A stretch of DNA of 64,000 bases from a bacterium (lineage in GTDB: Bacteria; Krumholzibacteriota; Krumholzibacteriia; LZORAL124-64-63): positions 9,852-73,851 of the forward strand of contig JANOEP010000044.1 of assembly GCA_031441465.1 (NCBI GenBank), read 5' to 3'. The position numbers were made by a program, and so were the translations under genes. The notes beneath the pieces were generated by a model. It did not search any database. It had not been told where the DNA came from and was given only the letters and a program-made list of their open reading frames with translations. Positions 57,523 through 64,000 of this stretch are shown here, in pieces. Each line of letters begins with the position of its first letter. The stretch's first letter is position 1.

Positions 57523-57933
57523 TCAGCGCCAGGCGCCGAGGATCGCGCCCATCAGCGCCAGGGCGACCACGTCGTGCAGGGCCAGCACCAGGTAGAGCTT
57601 CAGCGAGCGGCCCTCGAACAGCAAGTTGGCGCCGGTGGTCATGCCCACCAGGCCGAGTCCCGCGTAGAGGCCGACGCGCGCGCCGTCGAGCCAGGAAGTC
57701 GCGCCGGCCCAGCCGACGAACACGGCCAGGGTCAGCGCCATGACCGCGCCTGACAGGAAGGCCCAGACCATCGTGACCGGCTTGTAGTCGGCCGCGAGCT
57801 GCTCTTTGGTCTTGCCGATGCCGGCCATCCAGGCCTTGCCGAACAGGCCGGGCGAGAACCAGGCGCCGCCGATGACCATGGACAGGATCGCGCAGGCCAG
57901 CACGGCCAGGTAGTTGACCGAGACGGGGGGCAT
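57523..57933 (-). CDS. DUF1761-family membrane protein
   Basis: 'VNYLAVL...IGGAWFSPGLFGKAWM', four TM helices. Confidence 0.82.
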   Translation of the reverse strand: MPPVSVNYLAVLACAILSMVIGGAWFSPGLFGKAWMAGIGKTKEQLAADYKPVTMVWAFLSGAVMALTLAVFVGWAGATSWLDGARVGLYAGLGLVGMTTGANLLFEGRSLKLYLVLALHDVVALALMGAILGAWR

Positions 57934-58045
57934 CGCTCACCTCCGGAGTGACGGGGAAGGGCCGATTCCGGCTGGATCTTCCACGGATAAGAGCGATTTT
58001 GTCCAGGTCATTGAAGAGCGGACCCACCGCCGACGGGAGAAGACG

Positions 58046-59113
58046 ATGACCGCGATCCCGAGCCCGACGACCCGCGCCGCTTTGGCCGCGGCGCTGCTGA
58101 TGCTGACGCTGGCGACAGCCGTCCCGGCCGCGGCCGCCGAGGATTTCGAACGCGTGCCCTACTCCGGCACCTACGATGTGTTCGCGCGGCCGCACGACGC
58201 GCGCGGTGACGGCATGGGCGGCACCGGCACCGCCGGCGCCGAGGGGCCGCTGGCGGCGTGGTGGAACCCCGCGACGACGGCGATCGACAACGGCGCGACG
58301 GCCGGCTACCAGGGCTTCGGCCAGTTCTTCGACGGGCAGCGGCAGTGGGCCGCGGGCGCGGCCGTCGCGCGGGGGGGGCTGCAGGCGGGAGTCATCGCCG
58401 GGCGCTGGAGCGGGGAGCTGCCGCTGGTGACGCTGGTGGGGGACACCGTGAGCGTCGGCTCGCGTCAGGACCAGCTGCTGGTCCACGCCGCCTGCGAGCT
58501 GGGGCCGACGCTGTTCGGCGCCGACACCGGTACGGTGCTGCGCGCGGGCGTCGCCGGCCGCCGCCACACGCTGGAGGTCGCGGGCCAGGACGCCTCGACG
58601 TGGAGTGTAGACCTAGGTGTGGTCGCCGGCCGCGGCTACGAGCGACTGGCCGCCGCCGGCGACTGGCGCTGGCGCGCGGGCGTGGTCTTCGCCGGGCTGG
58701 CGGGCGAGGGGCGCGACATCGGTTCGTTGGGCATCGATCCCGTGCGGCGGCTGAGCTACGGCGCCGCGGTCGGCATGTGCCTGGCGCGCCGCAACGACGG
58801 CGGCGACCTGCTCGATCTGAACGTGGCCGGGGACTGGGTCCTGTACCGCCGCGACGGCGACTGGTTCGACGCGGCCGAGTGGCGTGGCGGGGCGGAGTTG
58901 CTGGTGGGCGGGCTGGTGGCGATCCGGCATGGGCTGGCCGCCGAGCACTCGCAGAGCCCGTACGCGGGGGATGCGTGGGGGCTGGGCGCGCGGTGGCGGG
59001 AACCGCGCGGGCGCTTCGAAGTGACGGCGGACTACGCGCGGCTGGACCTGGACGGCGCGGTGTTCCGCGACGCGGTGGACCGGGTGGGGGTGGCGGTGCG
59101 GGCTGGGTTCTAG
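58046..59113 (+). CDS. PorV/PorQ-like outer-membrane beta-barrel protein
   Basis: Signal peptide, 'ARGDGMGG...AAWWNPA' plug motif, amphipathic strands, C-terminal Phe. Confidence 0.65.
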   Translation: MTAIPSPTTRAALAAALLMLTLATAVPAAAAEDFERVPYSGTYDVFARPHDARGDGMGGTGTAGAEGPLAAWWNPATTAIDNGATAGYQGFGQFFDGQRQWAAGAAVARGGLQAGVIAGRWSGELPLVTLVGDTVSVGSRQDQLLVHAACELGPTLFGADTGTVLRAGVAGRRHTLEVAGQDASTWSVDLGVVAGRGYERLAAAGDWRWRAGVVFAGLAGEGRDIGSLGIDPVRRLSYGAAVGMCLARRNDGGDLLDLNVAGDWVLYRRDGDWFDAAEWRGGAELLVGGLVAIRHGLAAEHSQSPYAGDAWGLGARWREPRGRFEVTADYARLDLDGAVFRDAVDRVGVAVRAGF

Positions 59114-59634
59114 GTCGTCAGGTACCTCGTTCTGATCACTTCGAGGTGGTGGGCGACGTGGCCGGCGGTGATGTAGGGGATCGCGCGCACCACGATGCGG
59201 TTCTTGTTGGCGGTGCCGGCGCGGGCCAGGGCTTCGGGGGATAGTCCCGCGAAGAAGTGGACGGTGGCGCGGCGCAGGGCGACGAACTCGTCGAGCAGGT
59301 CGGCGAGGGGGATGCGGTCGAAGTCGGCCGCGGCGACCCAGGCGTTTTCGTCCATGCCGGGGAGTTCGGTGGGGTCGGCGCGGGCGATGCTGGTGGCGCG
59401 GTAGAGGAAGAGGCGTTCGGTGTCGATTAGGTGGCCGAGGACTTCCTTTACGCTCCATTTGCCTTCAGTATAGCGGCGTAGGGCGGCGATCTCGTCGAGC
59501 GGCTGCAACAGGGACTGCGCCTCGCATATCTGGGAGGACAGTACGATCAGCACGTTGGTTCCCAGGAAAGGGGTGATGTAATTGTTGTAGTAAGGGGCGT
59601 GATCGTTGGCGAGAGGCGGTGGAATGCTGGTCAT
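59110..59634 (-). CDS. DinB-family protein
   Basis: 'YTEGKWSVKEVLGHLIDTER', 'GHVAHH'. Confidence 0.88.
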   Translation of the reverse strand: MTSIPPPLANDHAPYYNNYITPFLGTNVLIVLSSQICEAQSLLQPLDEIAALRRYTEGKWSVKEVLGHLIDTERLFLYRATSIARADPTELPGMDENAWVAAADFDRIPLADLLDEFVALRRATVHFFAGLSPEALARAGTANKNRIVVRAIPYITAGHVAHHLEVIRTRYLTT

Positions 59635-59732
59635 GGTGCCGCTCCTGGCCTCATTTCAGAGGCTTAACAAAGTGGACTTGAGATCTCCCATATAACTGAC
59701 ATATTAACTGGATCCACAAGGGCCTCCTCGTT

Positions 59733-61019
59733 TCACTCCCTCCGTCCCCTGAGTTCCGAGTACACGTTTTGCAGGTTCCGAATCAGACGGTGCGGAGGCA
59801 CGCCGTGGGAGGGCTCAGAGAAATCCAAGAGATACGCAGGATGTTTGAATCTATCTGCACCATGTTCGCGCATTCCTAGGATCTCACAAAGTCGTCTTCC
59901 TTCATCAGTCCATCCGACAGCACCTAGGCGCTTAACGAATACTCGGTGTTCGCGGGCTAGAACCTCCAATCTATGGATGAGGCCGTACATTAACCGGTGG
60001 AGCCCGGATTGATCCACCCCCTCACAAAGATGACGAGATTCCGGATGAATCGCGATAGACATCAAGTACAAATCAATCTCAGTCCCGTCGGTGTATGTTA
60101 CAATATCAGTGGGCTTGATATTATCGTCTGTACGCAAGCCGCTTAACACCTCATCGAAAACTTCTGCCTTGAGGGGCATGGCATTAAGGTATCCATGGAC
60201 CCGGTGAGTCTGATCCATCAAGAGCGTGTATATATCCGGATTGATGCCAAGCCAGCGTCCTGATAAGCCATTAGGAATCGCTACATCACCATAGTGCTCA
60301 AGCTGGCCGTATACAAGTTTGTCAATGATACGAGAATAATGTACGATATTATCCCATGTAACTCCTTTCGGAAGATCTGAGCTGCGAACGGTCCGGAATC
60401 TCACAAGGGGTTCTTCGAGAAACTTTATCCATTGCTCATAGTGACCGCGTCGAAAGTAATCGCTATGTCCGAAATACTCGAATCTCCGATTTTGAACAAG
60501 CGGAGAAGTCATTGAAAATCCATTTGCTCCGCTACTGCCTGTTTCTTTAACTATCCTACGAGTGACACGGCTCCACATGTCGTCCACGCCGTAGTCGTTG
60601 CGCACCTCTATGACTTGATTTCGTGCAAAGATACTCACCCAGTCGAAGTCACGAGGAAGAATTGAACCGCATAGCACGATCTTGCCAAGGCTCATGTCCT
60701 CGAATGTCCTAAGCGCGTGGCCAACGATGTATGTTCCAAAACTGTGCGCGACCACGCTAGGACGAAATTGGTTGCGGCGTTTCGGGTTTGGCTCCTTCCG
60801 CTCCCGCACATCAATATACCAGTTATAGAAGGCCTCCACCTGCCTCCTGCGTGATCTGGCTGACAGGAACCGGTGTAACTTGAAGTGGCCGTAGTCATAG
60901 GTGTCGTGTGCAAGTCCACGCTCGCTGAGTGCGTCTCCAAACTCCTTCTGCCAAGACGCATGAGTGCATATCCCATGAAGCAATAAAGTAGTATCTTTTT
61001 TGCAGCTTCCCAATGTCAC
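59733..61019 (-). CDS. Alpha/beta-hydrolase fused to a GNAT-like C-terminal domain (low-GC island)
   Basis: 'LLHGI', nucleophile elbow 'VAHSFGT', 'GHSDYF'. C-terminal 'LYLMSIAIHPESR...EGRRLCEILGM' is GNAT-like. Confidence 0.65.
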   Translation of the reverse strand: MTLGSCKKDTTLLLHGICTHASWQKEFGDALSERGLAHDTYDYGHFKLHRFLSARSRRRQVEAFYNWYIDVRERKEPNPKRRNQFRPSVVAHSFGTYIVGHALRTFEDMSLGKIVLCGSILPRDFDWVSIFARNQVIEVRNDYGVDDMWSRVTRRIVKETGSSGANGFSMTSPLVQNRRFEYFGHSDYFRRGHYEQWIKFLEEPLVRFRTVRSSDLPKGVTWDNIVHYSRIIDKLVYGQLEHYGDVAIPNGLSGRWLGINPDIYTLLMDQTHRVHGYLNAMPLKAEVFDEVLSGLRTDDNIKPTDIVTYTDGTEIDLYLMSIAIHPESRHLCEGVDQSGLHRLMYGLIHRLEVLAREHRVFVKRLGAVGWTDEGRRLCEILGMREHGADRFKHPAYLLDFSEPSHGVPPHRLIRNLQNVYSELRGRRE

Positions 61020-61525
61020 TCCACTTCTAGGATGTCACCCCAAATATCTCGTCATCCGTGGTGCCGCGATGCGGCGATGTACCGTATGCCGATGCTTGCC
61101 CACGATGAGTTGCTCAAACCGGCGGTGATCCAGCCTGGGGACATTACTTCACTTTCTTGCCACAACCGTACGGTTACAGCTCGTTGCGACCGAATTTCGC
61201 TTTGAGACAAAGCTGCTCGAATGCATCGACGCCCATCCTCGGCCGCTCTGCCGGATCCGGCTAGCTAACGATGACACCCTGACCCAGTCTTGATTCGGGC
61301 ACCAACCGGAAACGACCATTAACAGTGTCCGCTACCAATGACATGGCTACGAAACCGAGATTGGTAAATCCAATACCCCGCATAACTCCGTTGAACTCCA
61401 GACTTCTTGGAGCGATTGAGAAATGCGGCCCCTTCCCTCAAAGCGCGCTCTTCACTCTTACTAGTTCTGATCGAGCATCTAGTTCGAGGTTGATCTTTCG
61501 ACTGGCGGTCCGTAGAGAAACCTGA

Positions 61526-61771
61526 TTGTACCGTAAGTGCATTGCCTCTCTGAACGCGCAGCTGCGGCAGGTGACCAAGAAGCGCGGCTTGTTCTCGACC
61601 GACGACTCGGTCCGCAAGGTCGTGTATCTGGCGATGATGCGGGCCTCGACGCGATGGACGATGCCGATCCAGGACTGGCCAGCGGCGATGAACTTCATCT
61701 CGATCGTGTTCGGAGAGAGGGAGCCGGTCTGAACCATGAGAGGGTGTTTACACAGTTCTGTTGGCACAACC
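61526..61771 (+). mobile_element. IS256-family remnant: transposase C-terminal fragment plus right end
   Basis: 'SLNAQLRQVTKKRGLFSTDDSVRKVVYLA...WTMPIQDW..AMN', followed by the IS256-like terminus TTTACACAGTTCTGTTGGCACAACC. Confidence 0.8.
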
Positions 61772-61774
61772 ATA

Positions 61775-63649
61775 TTACCGCGATCTCCCAGCTCGTTCGA
61801 CTTCTCTCCGTATGCTGTTCTTAAGAACTGTCAGGAACGTCTCGTTACGGACTTCCGCGTCGCCAATTAGGCTTTCGTACGTCAGGACGAACATATCGAC
61901 CAGAAGCTCCTGCTCGCTGGCCAATATGATGGGCTGAGACTTATAGAACATTGTACTCTGTGAAAACAACTCGATAAATCTTTCTTCCCGAAGAGAACGA
62001 CTAAATTCGGCATCGATGTCAGTGACGGCGTAGAACCAGACTCGGTTGATCTTGTTGGGATAGTGTTCAAGCAGTAAGCGGGCTCTTTGTTTTAACTGGC
62101 TTACAGCTTCTTCCTTCTTCGCCAACCCAATACCGTGCTTCTTGAGTTCCACGACGACGACATCAACCGGGCTCATACCCTCTGGATCGCCCGAGAAGAC
62201 GAGCGTAATATCTGGCCGTGTACCATCGCCTTCGCCTTCTACAGCAATTTCACGGATTACTGCGCTCATTGTCCGATCGCTGAGTACCGTGGAATAGCTC
62301 ATATATTTGTCGTCTAGGAGCCAGACGTTGCAGTTGTATATGTCCGAAGATAATTCTAAGCCACGAAGAGTAGTATGTCTAGGAACGATGACGTCGTGGA
62401 TCTCACCTTCATTGTTACCCACATCCATTGTCTTTAATTTCGCGATAATGCGGGTTCGGAAAAGGATGTACTCAGTCAGAACTCTTGCAGAAACGTCGAG
62501 CGCCTTCTGGAAAGTCGCTTCGTCAAGATCCTCGCACTCTAGTACCGCCTTCTGATTTACGAAAAAGCGCTCACGGGCGCTCTTCAATGCGTCGTCTTTG
62601 ATAATGAGTCCTACCGTATCATCGGGAAAGTACCCGCTGAGGTGTGGATACTTAGAATCGAGTTCGTTAGCTGTAGCAGCGTTAATGTCGCGTATCCGTG
62701 GGATCTTTTCGGTGATGATGCGGTCTAATTCCCGACGCAATCGACTTCGGAGTGTTGCCTCAGAAATATCATTGGGCAAATCGAGCTTCTGACGAGAAGT
62801 GTCCGTCTTTCCCTTGAAAAACTCAGAGGCAAACAGAATGAGCACTTGATAGCCGCCAGGAATGCTTTCTTCGGGCACGATAGGATACGGGACTGTCCGC
62901 CCATCAACACATATGGCGGTCATGACCGATTTGGGGCGTTCATTGTCTAGTGCAATGCTGTAGTGAATGTTAATGGACTCATACAAATCCAATTCGGGTT
63001 CTTGGATGGTCGTCTGTTCTAGAACTGGTAGATCAGCTAAAGAAAATCTACAGCGACCAGTGCTAAATCCCTGTTCGGGATTGGGAGTGCCGGTAGTCAA
63101 GTTGATCACGATGCTCAACGATCGCCTATCTTCCTTGAGACTGAATAAAAGCGGAAAGAAATGGCTGATCAACGACATCTTGATGTCCTCAGGGCGGAGG
63201 TACTTGTAGGACTTGACCCGCTCACCTGAGAAATTCTTAAACTCTAGGATTGTTCCGGATGGCTGTCCATCGACATCAACTACTTCGCTATCGCCATCGA
63301 AATCCTGGTTAAATATAAAAACGCGCTTCTTGGTTCCCCGGAAACGACTGACGACTGTGATCGCATCGAAGTACTGTAGAAAAACCAGCCGTCCCAATCC
63401 CTTGTGCTCCGGACAGTTGGTTTCTAGCAGCTTAGAGAACTTTTCAAAGTTCTCATCAAGGAACCCTTCACCATTGTCCGATATTTTCATTGTCAACGTA
63501 TCGGCTTGATCAAAGCTGACAATATCGATTTCAATCGAGATCTCTGTCGCTTTCGCATCGATCGAGTTAGCTACTGCTTCAAAGTAGACTTGTTCGAAGC
63601 TAGGATTAGGGAAGAAGTGCGAGACTGCTTTCTTTGAATTTATTTTCAT
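61775..63649 (-). CDS. GHKL (MORC/HATPase_c) ATPase fused to a C-terminal PD-(D/E)XK-like nuclease
   Basis: 'EAVANSIDA', 'ISDNGEGF', 'KGLGRL', 'GT'. C-terminal 'NEGEIH...WLLDD...RPDITL...VVVELKK'. Low GC. Confidence 0.75.
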   Translation of the reverse strand: MKINSKKAVSHFFPNPSFEQVYFEAVANSIDAKATEISIEIDIVSFDQADTLTMKISDNGEGFLDENFEKFSKLLETNCPEHKGLGRLVFLQYFDAITVVSRFRGTKKRVFIFNQDFDGDSEVVDVDGQPSGTILEFKNFSGERVKSYKYLRPEDIKMSLISHFFPLLFSLKEDRRSLSIVINLTTGTPNPEQGFSTGRCRFSLADLPVLEQTTIQEPELDLYESINIHYSIALDNERPKSVMTAICVDGRTVPYPIVPEESIPGGYQVLILFASEFFKGKTDTSRQKLDLPNDISEATLRSRLRRELDRIITEKIPRIRDINAATANELDSKYPHLSGYFPDDTVGLIIKDDALKSARERFFVNQKAVLECEDLDEATFQKALDVSARVLTEYILFRTRIIAKLKTMDVGNNEGEIHDVIVPRHTTLRGLELSSDIYNCNVWLLDDKYMSYSTVLSDRTMSAVIREIAVEGEGDGTRPDITLVFSGDPEGMSPVDVVVVELKKHGIGLAKKEEAVSQLKQRARLLLEHYPNKINRVWFYAVTDIDAEFSRSLREERFIELFSQSTMFYKSQPIILASEQELLVDMFVLTYESLIGDAEVRNETFLTVLKNSIRREVERAGRSR

Positions 63650-63862
63650 CTCGCTATCCCGTTCCTCTGTAGAATCTCTGATTACAGATGCATGCCTCTC
63701 TACCACTAACGCACAGCTAGATTGACTTAGTTTACCGGCTGTCGTTTAAACTGTCAATTTCAACGAAATGCAGAATAGTGCAGATTTAATAACGTATTAC
63801 CAGGCAATGAGTCCCACTAAGAAGTGAGAGAACAGTTAACCTTTGGCGGAATCCTTAAGATG

Positions 63863-64000
63863 TGTAAACGCCGGCTGAAAAGTGCGGCACCTGTCGCGCC
63901 GGTCTAAAACTGCGGCACCCCTTGCCGCCGGCCGGAAGTAGGCCAGATTCCTCTGGGATTCCCCCAGACGGACCTGGACCCGATCTTCCGGAGGCATGGA
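63863..64000 (+). mobile_element. IS21-family element terminus (probably the left end; element continues beyond the window)
   Basis: Starts TGTAAACGCCGG. Internal repeats GCCGGCTGAAAAGTGCGGCACC and GCCGGTCTAAAACTGCGGCACC. GC rises abruptly; GGAGG near the window end. Confidence 0.65.

Noticed and set aside
61146..61167. ACTTTCTTGCCACAACC resembling the IS256 end at 61747-61771
   Set aside because: Only a short partial match, in direct orientation, with no transposase remnant beside it; insufficient support.
1..64000. tRNA, rRNA or CRISPR features
   Set aside because: None recognised by eye; tRNAscan or Infernal were not run.

Overview
High-GC bacterial chromosome segment, probably from a diderm FCB-group-related lineage such as Krumholzibacteriota, Latescibacterota or Eisenbacteria. 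This is inferred from the many secreted proteins ending in a PNPFNP/FlgD-Ig T9SS-like C-terminal domain and a PorV-like barrel. The backbone carries a Cus-type heavy-metal efflux operon, late futalosine-type menaquinone genes, two ECF sigma/anti-sigma pairs, trmJ, an rlmD-like gene, thiI, pgi, sat, sodB, a sulfotransferase and a TlpA-DUF4266-DUF3570-ApbE flavinylation operon. Lower-GC islets are interspersed: a type IV TA-like pair, a NYN RNase, an ORF6N gene and hipBA. The right end is a low-GC defence-like island with IS256 and IS21 ends. Highlights: (1) eight signal-peptide proteins from unrelated families end in the same W-G-x-[ILV]-K-x-x-Y tail, which appears interchangeable with the FlgD-Ig CTD on one shared passenger domain and is a candidate C-terminal sorting signal; (2) a small CGCSCACNC peptide is coupled to a CcpM-like radical SAM/SPASM maturase (candidate RiPP); (3) a promoter, a two-hairpin RNA and a terminator lie in front of the NYN RNase (type III TA-like layout); (4) hipBA is bracketed by perfect 36-bp direct repeats; (5) REP/MITE-like AAATTGTCCCT inverted repeats flank the rlmD-like gene. 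All family calls come from motif recognition by eye; no database searches were run.
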